Below are positions 26,506-41,372 of a stretch of DNA of 64,000 nt, in pieces. The position numbers were made by a program, and so were the translations under genes. Position 1 is the stretch's first letter. Each line of letters begins with the position of its first letter. The notes beneath the pieces are model-generated. The model had not been told where the DNA came from, made no database searches, and was given only the letters and a program-made list of their open reading frames with translations. Source of the DNA: the human T2T-CHM13v2.0 reference genome, Homo sapiens; assembly GCF_009914755.1 (NCBI RefSeq), contig NC_060947.1; one strand, given 5' to 3'.

Positions 26506-28283
26506 TTAATAAGTAAATCTTGTAAACATTTAGATATACACTCTGATTAAAATAATGACAAGTGGAATTGTAATAGATTTTGTGATCTGTCTCTGTCTTG
26601 GTTTCTCTCTCTTTCTTGCACACACACATGCACACACACGCACTGACACACAGTGATGCATGTTCAAAATGTGACTGAGACTGTTTAAGACTTTATTCTT
26701 GAAGGACTTGTGCAGTAAATTTCTCTCGTGAGCAGGACTGTGTGATTTGTACAATGGTTCCAAGAATATTCTTTTAACCCTGCATTATTGTTTCTCTTTT
26801 CACTATCTCTCTTCTTTTTGTTCTCCTCTTACCTATCTCTGTTATTCTCTGCCATCTCCATTCTTCTCCTCTCACATCATTTCTTCTCTCTTCTTTTCTT
26901 ACAGGTTTTCTCATCAGAATTGTTATGCTCCTCCCTTCTAAATATTTCCTTTATAATCATCTGGCTCATTTTCTTTTCCTATGAGTTAAATTTCTTAATT
27001 TTTTTTTCTTACTGGAGAAATAACTAAAATGCTGAATCACTCTTTCAAATAACTTGCTGGGTTTTTTTCTTTTGAATGTTGACATTAATTACAGTAGTCA
27101 GTGCCCTTTCTTTACTTATAACAAATGCAACCCAAAACCTTTAATTCTTATCTGCTCAAAACCATGTCTTCTGAAGATGAATGAATTTGTTCACAATGCT
27201 GAAAAGCAGATGTGATTTTTCGCTTTTCCTATGCCGATTTTTTGTGTGTGTGTTTACTCTGTTTCAGCATTTTGATGTGCTGTAACTTTCATACATAGCA
27301 GTGCTTAAGAAAACCAAAACACATGCACCATGAAAAGGATGGAAATGAAAAACTCTTCAAATAATGCTTCCAAAGGAATTGTGACAAGGAAAAAAATCAC
27401 TCAGAGGAAGATAACTCTTATGCTATTAATAATAACTTACAAATATTTTGATAGATTTGAAGGTTGGATTGGGGAGATATTAACTCAAGACTGTTATAAT
27501 AAGGATGTGAAACAGAGAAAATGAGAATGGTTTTGAATTAATTACCATATAATAGTTTCTCTAAGAAAAATAATGCATAAATGTTTGTAAAAAGGTACAA
27601 GAAGTGAGAAATTCATCAGCTCGTGTTCTTTCACATTTACTTTCCTGAAACTGAAGTATTAAGAAATATCCAAAAGAAGAGGTGAGATTATTCTTCAAAT
27701 GAATACTGTCAATCACTTTAAAAGATAAAAACATTGGATGAAAATTATTCAAAGAATGATGATAAAGAGCAGAGGAAGGGATAATTTGTTTTAAGGATGC
27801 TTACAGGGAGAGATATACCGTGGCAATTAGTAGAGGCTAAAATGGTCTGACCTTTTGGAATAGGGGTGATGAAGGTTAGACACCCAGAGCTATATTAGGG
27901 AGAATCAGTCAACAGATGTTTCTAGCATCATTTGGCAAATGTAAAGTTCAAATTGTTACTTAGAGCTGAGGTGGGCAGCATGATAACGGAGAACAGAAGT
28001 ATTAGAAGTAGCTACTGGCCGCCCTCATCTGGAATAAATTTGCATAGGCTTCTGCATGTGTTTGTGAATTAACAGCCATTATACTAGTTTTGACAAACAG
28101 AGATGCTAAGGAGAACTAGCAACTAATGGGATTGCTGGTGGTGTGAGAGGAGGAGAAAAGGAAGATTCAATGTTTCCTGTTTGTCCAGAAGAGAGTTTTA
28201 GGACAGTGAATCTGTTAATAGCATGATATTTAAGACTTTGTTTTTGAAGGTTGTTCATATCTTAGGGACAACTTGTTAGTTAA

Positions 28284-28913
<630 letters not shown>

Positions 28914-29690
28914 TAAATTAGAATTTTTAAAACTATTTTGGAGAGATAGGGAGACCTTTATTATAAAGATAACATTGAGTAACAAAATGTACAAAAAATA
29001 AGTTATGTGTTTATTCAGATTTGGTTTAGAAGGAAAGAAGAGTCATCAGACATGTTTACTAATTGTTCAGAATATCTTAATTTATAAATTGGAAATATGG
29101 AGATTTTATATCAGTAAATGTCTCACATTACTATCCCATAAATACCTGTCAGTGAATCTGAACCTTTCTTCGAAGTATGCAGGTGGCAGGTATAATATTT
29201 ATTTTACACAGGAAGAAAATAACTGCCCTGAAATCATTTCTTGAATCAGTGGAACAATTGGGGTATTGTAACCCAAAGCTGTGTGTAAGCTCTCACACTC
29301 CTTTGCAATGTTATTTCTCAGGGGTGTGTTGTATCTATCAGTTTTAGAGGCTTTTGCCAAATTCAAATGTTGAAAGAAGTGTGGCACAACTGGGTGGAAT
29401 CCCATTTAACATTACTTAAAATCAAGGGATTCACCGCTTCCATAGAAGGGTTGCAATAAGAAAAATGTACATTTATAAAAGCTTGAGATAAGCTGATTGA
29501 ATTAAATAAAAACCTATTAGATGATTCTTTCCAAGGCTGGAGAGTCATGCTTTAGAGAAGATAGAGTATGTTGATACAGAAAATTAATATATGATAACAA
29601 TGACACTGAAAATTAATGGAGAAAATATGGATTGGGTAGTGAATGACATTACTAAAATTTATTTATTATAAGACATATGCCTATACCTGT

Positions 29691-30030
29691 ATATATAATG
29701 TCTTATATATACAGGTATATATAATGTCTTATATATACAGGTATATATAATGTCTTATATATACAGGTATATATAATGTCTTATATATACAGGTATATAT
29801 AATGTCTTATATATACAGGTATATATAATGTCTTATATATACAGGTATATATAATGTCTTATATATACAGGTATATATAATGTCTTATATATACAGGTAT
29901 ATATAATGTCTTATATATACAGGTATATATAATGTCTTATATATACAGGTATATATAATGTCTTATATATACAGGTATATATAATGTCTTATATATACAG
30001 GTATATATAATGTCTTATATATACAGGTAT
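29691..30030. repeat. Minisatellite, 13 identical 26-bp units (ATAATGTCTTATATATACAGGTATAT)
   Basis: TCTT recurs every 26 bp from 29701 to 30013. Confidence 0.97.
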
Positions 30031-30120
30031 AGGCATATGTTCAAGCTCACCAACTTGTATATATTAAACATGCAATTTTTCCATATATCAATATCATACC
30101 TCAATAAGGCTGTTAAAAAC

Positions 30121-30362
30121 TATATATAGTCACCACATGTAATATATATAATAATATATATTGTATATAATTACATATAGTCTATATAATATATATAATA
30201 TAATATAATATATATTATATATAATTACATATAGTCTATATAATATATAATTATATATAATATATTATATATAATTATATATAATAAATATATATAATAT
30301 AATTATGTATAATATATAAATACATATATAATATATATATAATTGATTATATATATAATTAA
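30121..30362. repeat. (TA)n-rich low-complexity tract
   Basis: Almost pure A/T; includes two copies of 'atataattacatatagtctatataatatata'. Confidence 0.9.
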
Positions 30363-30364
30363 TG

Positions 30365-30860
30365 TGGGTTAAGGTCTAAATATGACAGGTAAAACCATAA
30401 AATTAATAGAAGAAAAGTAGAGCAGTGTTTTGGAGACCTAGGAATGGGAAGAACTTCTTCAATAAAACTAACATACAAACGTGATTTGGAGAGCACACTG
30501 TTAATAGCCATTCTGAAAAACAAATCTGATAACACTTAATGAAATTCAGTGCATGCATATCCTATGAGCTTGTATTTCTATTTGGGGTATGTAGCTCAGA
30601 TGATTCTCATAGAGGTCTATTAAGAAAATATTTATATGGAAATTTGCCACAGGGTTGTTTTTAGTAACAAGAAGTTAGAGACAACTAGATGCCAACCTCA
30701 GAGGGAAGTGATAAACAAAATGTGGTTGATACATACCATGCATTGCTATGGAGTAGTTGGAAAGAATAGACTAGATGTGTCTACATAGTTATGAATAGCT
30801 GTTAAAAACAATAGTTCTGAGTTAAGACAATAAGAGAAACCAAATTAAAATGCATGCTTG
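30365..30860 (+). mobile_element. Old L1M fragments
   Basis: 'aaaaccataaaattaatagaagaaaa...gataaacaaaatgtggttgatacataccatg'. Confidence 0.6.
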
Positions 30861-30875
30861 TAATACAGTACACAT

Positions 30876-33223
30876 TGTTAAAGTAAAAACTTCTGTCGAA
30901 TTAAATTTAAAGGAGTTTAATTGAGCAATGAATGGGCAGGCCCCAGAATCATAGTAGATTCAGGGAGGCTCTAGTGCAGACACGTGGTGGAAGAAGATTT
31001 ATAGACAAAAAAAGGGAAGTGAGGCACAGAAATCAGAAGTGAGGTACAGAAACAACTGGATTGGTTACAGTTCAGCATTTGTCTCATTTGAACACACTTC
31101 AACACTTGACAATGTATGAGAGGTTAACGTATGGCTGTTGGAATAGGCCAAGACCCAGTCACTGTTACAGGTGCACACTCGCAAGTTAGGTTTTCAATCT
31201 TGTCTACCTATTAAGTCAGGTTGTAGTTCATCCACAAGGACTCAAATATAGAAGTATTTCCATAGTTCTATACAAATATAGGAGTCCTTCTTAGACCATA
31301 TTTGGTTTGTTTTAACAATTCCCCCTTTTTGGTCATTTTCTCAATTTTGGGAGATTGGCCAAAACTTTAGTCATCGATGTCACTATTACCATTGTATATG
31401 TATTTATTTGGTCTTCAAACACACTGGGAAACAGTAGAACAGTGAGTTTTGTAAAGGTAGGAAGAAGGACTGAGTAGAGGGTAGTTCCTTATGTTGGAAC
31501 ATCCTGTTTACAGGAGAAAAACAAAACTTGGCCTGTTTTAGGATCTATGTGTTTCTTTAAAGTCTTAGTTTGATTATGTCACATTTAGTATAAGTGACTC
31601 CATTTTGGTTTAGTTTGGTTTGTTGGGGTCTAGTGTATGAGCTCAGTCTAAAAAAATGGCCTTCCATAAGTTTGTCTAAACAAGTACTCCCTTTTTGGCT
31701 AGGTTTTCATTTAGGTGAGAGTGTGACTAAAACTTAGGGCCTTAGTGTCACTCTTAGTTACCATCATTTTGGGTTTTTGGCCTCAGTATGTCATTCATAG
31801 GTTATGGTGTCCTCATGGTTGTATATATTTTTTTTTTTTCAGTTTTTGTCATTCCAGTTGAAGAGAGACCATTTGACATTCTAGAGATGGCTGTGTGTAA
31901 CACCTTTAAAACTTTTGATTTTTAAAAAATGTAAATGAAAATGTAAATTTAAATGGAAATGTTTGTTTAAATGTAAACATTTAAAACCTTTGAGAGAATA
32001 CAGTGTACCAGGGAGACTATTATTATGACTATTAGGAGGATAATACCAAGTGTTTGGAGTATGTTCTTTACTCAGGGTCCTCATAAACCAAACCACCTAA
32101 AATCAAATAGATCAAAGAATGAGTTAGATGAAGAGTCTATTCACTTAACTAAGTGGTCTTTTCATTAATCCCCTATAACTGAATTTTTATAATCTACAAT
32201 TGATGTATTTTTCCATAGGCCACAAGTGTCAGTAGTTGTACAGATACTTTTCTGTTTAGTCAATTCTATTATTTAACATAACTTTTACAAGAGAACTTAG
32301 TCTGATGTGTAACTATAGCCTTTACAGTAGATCTGTTATAGAGCTTATTACCTTGATTAACTTAGCCAATGATTTTTCTTACCTAAGTATGTAAGAAAAA
32401 TGAAAGGGGTAGAACACAAAAATCCCCTCGAATTTTTAAAAGCCAAATTTTACAACCCCTGCAATATTACCATTTACTACCAGTTGCTTTCTGACCCAGT
32501 CAGATGTAAGAGTCCTCTAACTGGATCCAAGTCAGTTAATTACCAGATCAAATCCATTCCTGGACCCAGTGCAGTTTCTGTCATGACTTCCAAACCCAGT
32601 TTGGATTAGAAATTTGCTCAAAGAAACTTGGAGAGTTCAAAACACAAATCCGTGGAGGTCCGAAATCTGAGAGAGAACTTACCCATGATCCCCAGCTGCT
32701 CTGAGAGATCAATGGACACAAGTGGGTTCTGCAGGTACCTTGTTTGTTCACTCAGTATTCCTGGGGTTCTACTTTGGACCCCGCTTCTGACACCATCTGT
32801 TAAAAACTTTAGCCAAATTAAATTTAAAGGAGTTTAATTGAGCAATGAACGATTTGTGAATCGGGCAGCCCCCAGAATCACAGCAGATTCAGAGAGACTC
32901 CAGTGCAGCCATGTGGTGGAAGAAGATTTATAGACAAAAAAGGGAAGTTACCTACTGAAATCGGAAGTGAGGTACAGAAACAACTGGGTTGGTTACAGTT
33001 CAGCGTTTGCCTTATTCGAACACAGTTTGAACACTCGACAGTGTATCAGTGGTTGACGTATGGCTGGTGGGATTGGCTGAGGCCCGGCCACTGTTACAGA
33101 TGCACACTCCCAAGTTAGGTTCTCAATCTTGTCTACCTATTAAGTTAGGTTGCAGTTCGTCCACAGGGACTCAAATAGAGAAGTATGGAGTCCTTCTCAG
33201 GCCATATTTAGTTTGCTTTAACA
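30876..33223 (-). mobile_element. MER57-like ERV1 provirus, internally deleted (LTR - 1.5 kb internal - LTR)
   Basis: Homologous LTRs at 30876-31317 and 32798-33223; 4-bp TSD ACAT; PPT (reverse complement of attccccctttt) at 31318; tRNA-Leu-like PBS TGGTGTCAGAAGCGGGGT (minus strand, 32778-32795); no intact gag/pol/env. Confidence 0.88.
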
Positions 33224-33852
33224 ACATAAATAACAGAATGAATATCTAACGTATTAGAAAGGTAGTCAATAGCAGGACATAAAAATATTGAATGAGGATA
33301 AAAGAGAAATACATAAAACAAGAGACTGGCCTTCCGGGAATGAATGATGATGATGTTCTATGAATTATGAAGTAGGATTAATCAAAACGCTGCACACAAA
33401 AAACAAAACAGAGTGAAACAAATAACCTAATAATTAATGACTTCTAAATGCAGATAAACTAGGTATTATTTGGACAAGAAGAGATGTGTTTATTCTGACT
33501 TGAGCTAAAGCAGACGGCGTGATGAAGAGGAGCAGCCCAGTAGACTGGGGAAAATAAACGAAAGGTGCAGCATAAACAGAATTGGGCTTCCATCTTACAT
33601 TCTGGCAAAACTAAGCTTTAAAAATTATTTAAAGTCTCTGGGCCTGTTTCCTGATCTGTACATGGGCGTGATAATAATGTGCCTCACACATGTTATAATA
33701 CTGTTTTATGCATTTAGAGGGTCAGAAAATATTATTGCAAATACTCGCAATCCATAAATGGGCTTTTAAATGGTGGCTTCAGTTATTTCATGTACACTAC
33801 TAGTTTGTAAATCTGTCCAGCCACAACTGTCATTTGCTGTCTAGAATCACAT

Positions 33853-34216
33853 CAGACAGTCCTCAATTTACAATAGCTCAACTTAAGATTTTTTGGTATT
33901 ATGGTGGTGTTGAAACTACACACATTGAGTAGAAAGTGTGCTATACTCTCTCAAGATGCTGAGCAGTGGTACTGAACCACAGCTCCTACTCAGCTGTGTG
34001 ATCACGAGGGTAAACAACTGATATTCTACAGTGTACTGTGTTCCCAGATGATTTTGCTTAACTATAGGCTAATGAAAGCGTTCTGGGCACCTCAAAGGTA
34101 GGCTAGGCTATGATGTTCAGTAGGTTTGTGTATTAAATGCATTTTCCACTTAGATATTTTCAGCTTACAATTGGGTTGATCAGAATGCAACCCTATCGTA
34201 AGTTGAGGAGCATCTG
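33853..34216. mobile_element. MER47-type Tigger MITE
   Basis: TIRs 'cagacagtcctcaatttacaat' and 'atcgtaagttgaggagcatctg'; internal 'aggtaggctaggcta'. Confidence 0.8.
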
Positions 34217-34219
34217 TAT

Positions 34220-35375
34220 TTACCATTTAGCTTGACATCTCTATTTAGATATCCAACAGATACCTAAAACTCAGAATGCCCAAACCGAATCATTATTCTT
34301 AGCCCTTAACTGTTCTTCCTATTTTTCCTTCAGTGAATGGTATTACTATCCACATACTTCCTATTACAGACCTCAAAATCTCACCACCTTTCCCTCTGAT
34401 TTACCCTCTCTTCCAAATAATAATGAAGTCCGATTAATTATAATTTCTTAATTGCATTTCATCATCCTCAAAACATATATCTTAATTCTGGCACCACTAT
34501 CAATTGTTTAAATTACCTCTAGAAACTTCTAAAACTGACTTCCTTTATGAAAGCCTTTCCAGTCCTTTTTGGAGTGATTTAGATGATCTTTCTATATGCA
34601 AGTGGCATCACTTCACTCCCCTGCTCAAAATCCTTCCATGACTCTCCATTCTCCAATGCATAATGTCTGATATCCATAGTTTGTCATGACCTGCTTACTG
34701 TCCTTCAGCTTTCACGAGTGTCTTTCAAACAGCAGGTCATGGCACTTTAGGGGATCACGTTCTTTATGTTAGTGAGTGTTTACCAATACTTTTAAATAAA
34801 ATACAATAAGAATAGAAAATAGAGTGCATTGCCTCTAAGTGGCTAAGTATTATGGCATGGAATTTTGATTCACACATCCACCCATATGTATATATACATA
34901 CATAAACACGTATACATACATAAACATATTAAGTGTAGTTGTAGAGTTTATTTCTTATCCTGACACCCAGAAGCCTTTGTCTTACTGCCATTTCTGTGTG
35001 CCAACCAACTCAAATGGACTGCTTGCAGCTCCCTCAATACAACATGGCTTTTCTTTCCTTAGGGGATTTCTATTTCTATTTCTGTTCTATTTCTATTTCC
35101 ATTCCTGAAATGCCTTTTCTCCACTTGACCTGCATAACTCTTACTCTTTCTTTATTGATTTAGCTTCAGAGTTATCTGTTCTGGGAGGTTATTTTTGATC
35201 CTCACCTAGACCTCAAAGCAAGAGATAATATCATTTCTGTGTAACTGTATAATACTCAGTGTTTGTATCCATTTGCCCTCCATCACACTATAGTGTAATT
35301 TCCTGTTGAGGGATTATCTTCTCATTAAACCGATAACCCCCCGAAGACAGGAATGTGTGTTACTATCATCATTTT
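34220..35375 (+). mobile_element. L2 fragments, with another old element near 34710-34960
   Basis: 'gatatccaacagatacctaaaactcagaatgcccaaacc', 'cactcccctgctcaaaatccttccatgactc'. Confidence 0.6.
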
Positions 35376-36490
35376 GATTTTATCTTCACTAAAATTGATG
35401 GATCAGGCAAGATAATCTCCAAAATCCTTCCCAGCTTTAAATTTGTACTCATATAATTCTTAGATTTGATATTTTGGAGGACATTTATGATAAGTTGCAT
35501 AGGTATTGATAGATCCAATTTGGGCATCAGTATTACTATCCTATTTCAGATTTGGCTGTTTAGACATGCTTGTGTCCGTTACTGACTGAATCTCATACAG
35601 TTGTGGTATGGGATGATTTTCCTGATTGTTCCTAATATCTAAAATGGAAGAAAAAAACACTAAGCTTCTAGGATTGGATGGATTCCTTCTAGGCTCTTAC
35701 TGTGGATCTGTAAACATGCCAATAAAATGTAAAAACTCACTCTGCCATATGTCTCCACATATCTAGTTGTCTGGCATAATGAAGACATCACATCTCATTG
35801 CCATTTCTGTTTAAATCCAGGTGTTCAATATTTTATATGCATACACTTAGTGCTCTTGTACCAAGGATATTTTAAATGATAAATAATAAATGATATCTTT
35901 CTCAACATCCAGTCATCCAAATACCTAATAAACTACCCTTCTCCTAGTATTTTCAATAAACTGAAGTTACCATGTTTCTCTAAGGGAATTTTGCAACTGT
36001 GGAATTAATGACTTTGCCAGAACCACCAATTTTATTAAGGCCAAGAGCAAAAGGGGGAAAAAGGCTTTAGAAAACAAACTACTTACCTAATGAAAACAAA
36101 TCATTGGTAAGAGAAAGGACATTTTTATAAATGCCCTAGATCTGCTGACTAACCATCCCATTTTTGTTTTTAGAAGGAAAAAAATTTCCAAGAAAATCCT
36201 TTCAAGCAAACAACATATTTTTTTTTGAATTTTGCTAATACATTTTAAATTCTAAACTTACGTTACCAGGTACCATTAGAAATCCATTCACTTTTATAAT
36301 TCTAGTTTTAAAATGCCTTTATAGTTCAGTTATCACTTTATGTCTTAGATTCATTCAAAGAAGTGTAGGAGCTTTGAATTAGATTTCTTATCCTCTCTTG
36401 TCATCTTGCTTCCTGAAGCTGCCATCCTCTATCCAGTCCTTTCTCCAGATCATACCCTCTCTTCCTTCCAGCCATAAGCGCTGTCTCTTA

Positions 36491-36913
<423 letters not shown>

Positions 36914-37419
36914 TCAGAAAGTATTTCACTCAGGAAGACTAGATTTAGTGAAATCTTCAAAAGCCATATTAGTTAAAGTTGAGTGATGCAATATTAAGAT
37001 ACAGGGAGGTAGATTAAGGATTAAGAACTCTTCTTTGTATTCCCATGACCATGATTTTAAATATTTTAATATTATATTACTAATGAATATTATTTATCTG
37101 TACAATTTAGTAAAAAGCTTAGGTGGAACATATTTACAGTTAGAAGATCTGGATTCCAGCTTCAACATTCCCTATTCATAGTTGGACAATTCTCTGAAAG
37201 TCGACGCTTTCATTATGCTTTTGAAAACTGGATTTTTCTCTCCTTATTAACAGTGATAAAATTCTTAGAATGTAACATAATTAGGGGGACATGTAGAAAG
37301 AATTTCTGTTCACTTTAGTCATCATTCATGCTACATTTCTGAGAGCTTGATAGGTCATTGTGACTTCCTTTTAAACCAATTCAAAGATGGGAATTTTATT
37401 TTTTTAATATAAAACTTTA

Positions 37420-37727
<308 letters not shown>

Positions 37728-40244
37728 CCACTTTATTCTAATATTAGCATTGATAGTTGTTTCCTCTACTGACTTGAAATCTACCTTCCTAAAATAGTCA
37801 CTTATTGGTTCAGGTTTTCCCTTAAAGTATTCCACATGCCAGCTTATCCTTGTTTTCCTGAGGCTCTTCTTACTCAAGGTGGACATTTTCCATCCTCCTC
37901 TTTCCTTTCCTAGCATAATTTCTAGATATCCGTCAATTTGGTCACCTTCCTTTTTAGACTTTCTATAGTTCAACATTCTGGTAAACCATGGAATACGGAG
38001 CTGTACCTATCATCCTAGGTGTGGTCTAATACAACTCTTACCACCAAATTTTCAACACTCTGTGTGCATATATGTCCTACTTGTGTGCTGTATGTTCATA
38101 AATTGTTTCCCTTTAAGACCCAGCACACTGATCTTGTGGTGAGCGATGCATACACATACCATATAGAAATATTAGGTTATGTTTGATTGCAGTGTCGAAA
38201 AGCAAAGCCAACGTTAGGGTTAAATCCACAAGATATATGGTGACTTTATTTTAATTTTTGCCACAGAAATTCTCTGTGCCAACTATCTTGCTCAGCGTTT
38301 ACCAATCACAGCAAGTGCTGACAAGGAAATCTACACCTCCATCTCCAGTAAAAGATAGGAAAACAAAGCGTTTCATTTGTACTTAAGGGGTGAGGAGGAT
38401 AAAAAAGTATTTTTTAAGGGTAGTCTCAAATTCAAAACAATGGAGCTTTACTCTTTAGTTATTTTAAATGTTTCTCACTATGTTAATCTTAATCTTATGT
38501 TCCAAAGTTAAAGCCAGGTTTTGAAGACCAAATCAGAAGAATCCTGACAGACCAGTAAGTGGCTGAGGAGTTAATTATAAAAAGAAATTATTCTCCTTAA
38601 GACATGCGTCATATAACAGACATCGTTAAAGTGTGCTTTTAATGCTCATCAAAATGACAAAGCCAAGAAAAATGAAACTTAAAAAGTTAGAAGCCATCAT
38701 TGTTAAAAAGCATCAGTTGTAGGCAACAAAATAAAAACTGTAACTTTGAGGAAGAATTAGCTATTCATTCGTGAATATACTATATTAATCTGCAATTGAG
38801 CAAACCATCACTCTGAATTATATCACTGGTGTAGTCCGGTGTGGGAAGATGTGTGTTTTTAGTCATTTTATTATTGCATTTTGTCAAAATATCAAGCACA
38901 TTTATGAAGACAGAGCTGTAATAGGGTTCTGTGGGGTAAAATTCTTATAAACTGATAGCTAATACTGAACTAGATCTCTATGTGTATCTATTAGAAGGTG
39001 TTTATGTGGAGGAAAGATTCTTTTTGTTGTTGTTGAAAGAGAAGAGAGGCTTTTCTTTTTTGACACCTAAAAGTAGCCGTTGGTATAGAAATGGTGAATG
39101 AGGGCAATGGAGGGGATAGGACAGTGGCACTTCTGTCACTTGCTCAGAGTTTTTTTTTTTTTTTTTAGTTTTTATGTTGTTATAGCAATATAGAAACTAA
39201 TAATTTTTAAAAATTGAATCCACCCAAGTTGTCACCAAAAATCTTCAGTGTTAGTATTTTCGGAGACATCTTTTATACAAGCGTAGAGTTAGAAAAATGG
39301 GTAGGGAGATAGAAATGATTGTATAAAAACTGGGTTATATTATACATTCTAATTTAAATAAAATACTAAAATTTGATTGGATTTATTTTGATGATAAAGA
39401 AAATGGAGTGAAACTGAACCTATCTGTATTCTTCAATACAAGATGTATTAGTTCCTAAAATATCCATTTGAAACTGAGAGAAAAGGTTGTTACATAAATG
39501 AAAGGATTTTCATTCATTGTGCCGTTTTAAAAAGCTAACTTTCAATTTTAGATGGTATTTGTTTACTCTCTTCTATAAAAGATGAAGTACTTATTTTTTA
39601 AAATTTGCTCCATTTTTAAATTGTGCATATATTTTAACTTTGCCAAGATTTACAGTAGAATCTTTTAACTTACACGCTGATTTTACAAGTTAACCTTTAA
39701 TCTTCACAATCACAAGTACATTTATTAACATTTATTATGTTTACAGATGCTTGATATTTAAACAAATTAGAGTAAATTCTGTAGGCAAGGGAGAACTCTT
39801 TGGAATTTTCTATCACTTTTCCATTCACCACTGGATTTTATTTTTTTTTTTTAATTCCCGGAGAGCTGCATAGTGAATAAATGTATAATATTAAAACAGA
39901 ATGGAATCAACCCTGCAGGAGAACAGAAATGTTTTTGAATTCTCTACCAATCCCTTATTCACAATAAGTATTTGATAAGTAGCTTAAAGGCAGAATTGTT
40001 TGCATACCCAGTTATCTGCATACAGATTTCCTTTAGTTCCTTGCTTTTGTCAAAGGAGTAGTTTTCAAGGCAGTGTTAGTCTTTATAATATTTAATATAA
40101 AAGGTTGCAGACACAAAACCATGTGTGTTGAACTCTCTTAGAGGTTTAAAGGATTTTTTAGAGTAATTTTTGCATTAATATGACTTTTATCTTACACACG
40201 TATTAGCATCCAAGTTAAGTCACAGTCCTATATGACACTTAATG

Positions 40245-40360
40245 GATATGTATATATACATATATATGAAAATATGTTTAAGTATGCATGAGTGTGTATG
40301 TGTATATATATTCATGTGCATATGTGTGTGTTTGTATATGTGTGTATATGTGTGTGTATA
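40245..40360. repeat. (TA/TG)n microsatellite
   Basis: Alternating purine-pyrimidine tract. Confidence 0.85.
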
Positions 40361-40369
40361 GTAATTACT

Positions 40370-41000
40370 CTGGTCTTTTAAGCTTGGTTGCATATTTAGT
40401 TTCAACGTTTCCCATCAGTCCTTTTTATCACAGTTATTCCACTCCTCAATTATTTTATTTTGTTTCATCTTTTGGTTTCCTGATCTTTTATGTGGAGTAG
40501 TTTTTCAAAAAGTGTCTTGAGAAGCTGACTTCTTTAATGTTTAAAAATATCTTCTTGTTACTGATCTTTTTAAACAACAATGTGTCTGGGTATCCTAGGC
40601 TTGATCCTCAGAACTCATAGTGTGCCATTGCCCTCTGACATTAGCTACTCATGTGCAGACTCTGAGGCCTGTCTACATTTCCCCCTTGATAGGTGACTTG
40701 ATTTTTCTTCCTGGATGTCTGAAGAATTATTTATATTTGAAAGCTTATTTAATCTTTACATTAGAGCCTCAACAAATTTTTGCTAATGTGACCTTTAAAA
40801 ATTCTATTCATCACTCTTTTAAATATTTCGAATTGTTATCACTATGACTTCTAGTTTTATGTTTAAATACAGGTTTATGTTCAAATTATTGGATTGCTTA
40901 TTTTTGGAGCATCAATTTTCAGACAGGAAATTTATGGTAGTTATTCTCTGTAGATTTGAACACCAGATATTGAAATTGTCTTTTTGTTCTTCTAAAATGG
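40370..41000 (-). mobile_element. Ancient HAL1/L1M ORF1-like fragment
   Basis: 'tttcccccttgataggtgacttgatttttcttcctggatg' resembles HAL1/L1M antisense. Confidence 0.4.
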
Positions 41001-41204
41001 GAATGGCAACTTGGTTAGAAATCTCATCTAACAGCTCTTTTATATATATATTTTTTTGCTACAGGGAAATAATCATATACCACAGTAGAGATAATAGTAG
41101 AGTGGACCTGATGTACCCGTTAGTCAGCTTAAACATTTATGATCAATACATAATTGATGCTTCAGGCCATGATACAGGAAGAGGCACTAGACTTTCCTTT
41201 CTTC

Positions 41205-41372
41205 CATATATATATGTATATTTATATATATTTGTATATATAGATGTGTGTATGTATATATGTGTGTATATATGTATATGTGTGTATATGTATATATGTG
41301 TATATGTGTATATATGTATATGTGTATATATGTATATATGTGTATGTGTGTATATATATGTGTGTGTATATA
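41205..41372. repeat. (TATG/TA/TG)n microsatellite
   Basis: About 170-bp alternating RY tract; produces the spurious 194-aa ORF. Confidence 0.92.

Noticed and set aside
29691-30030. CRISPR-like appearance of regular 26-bp repeats
   Set aside because: Units are directly adjacent with no unique spacers, there are no cas genes, and the context is a primate genome; it is a minisatellite.
38508-38554. Possible 47-bp exon (aag|...CCA|gtaagt) reading LKPGFEDQIRRILTD, faintly like the segment after a DEAD-box motif
   Set aside because: Weak acceptor, too short, and no neighbouring helicase exons; probably chance.
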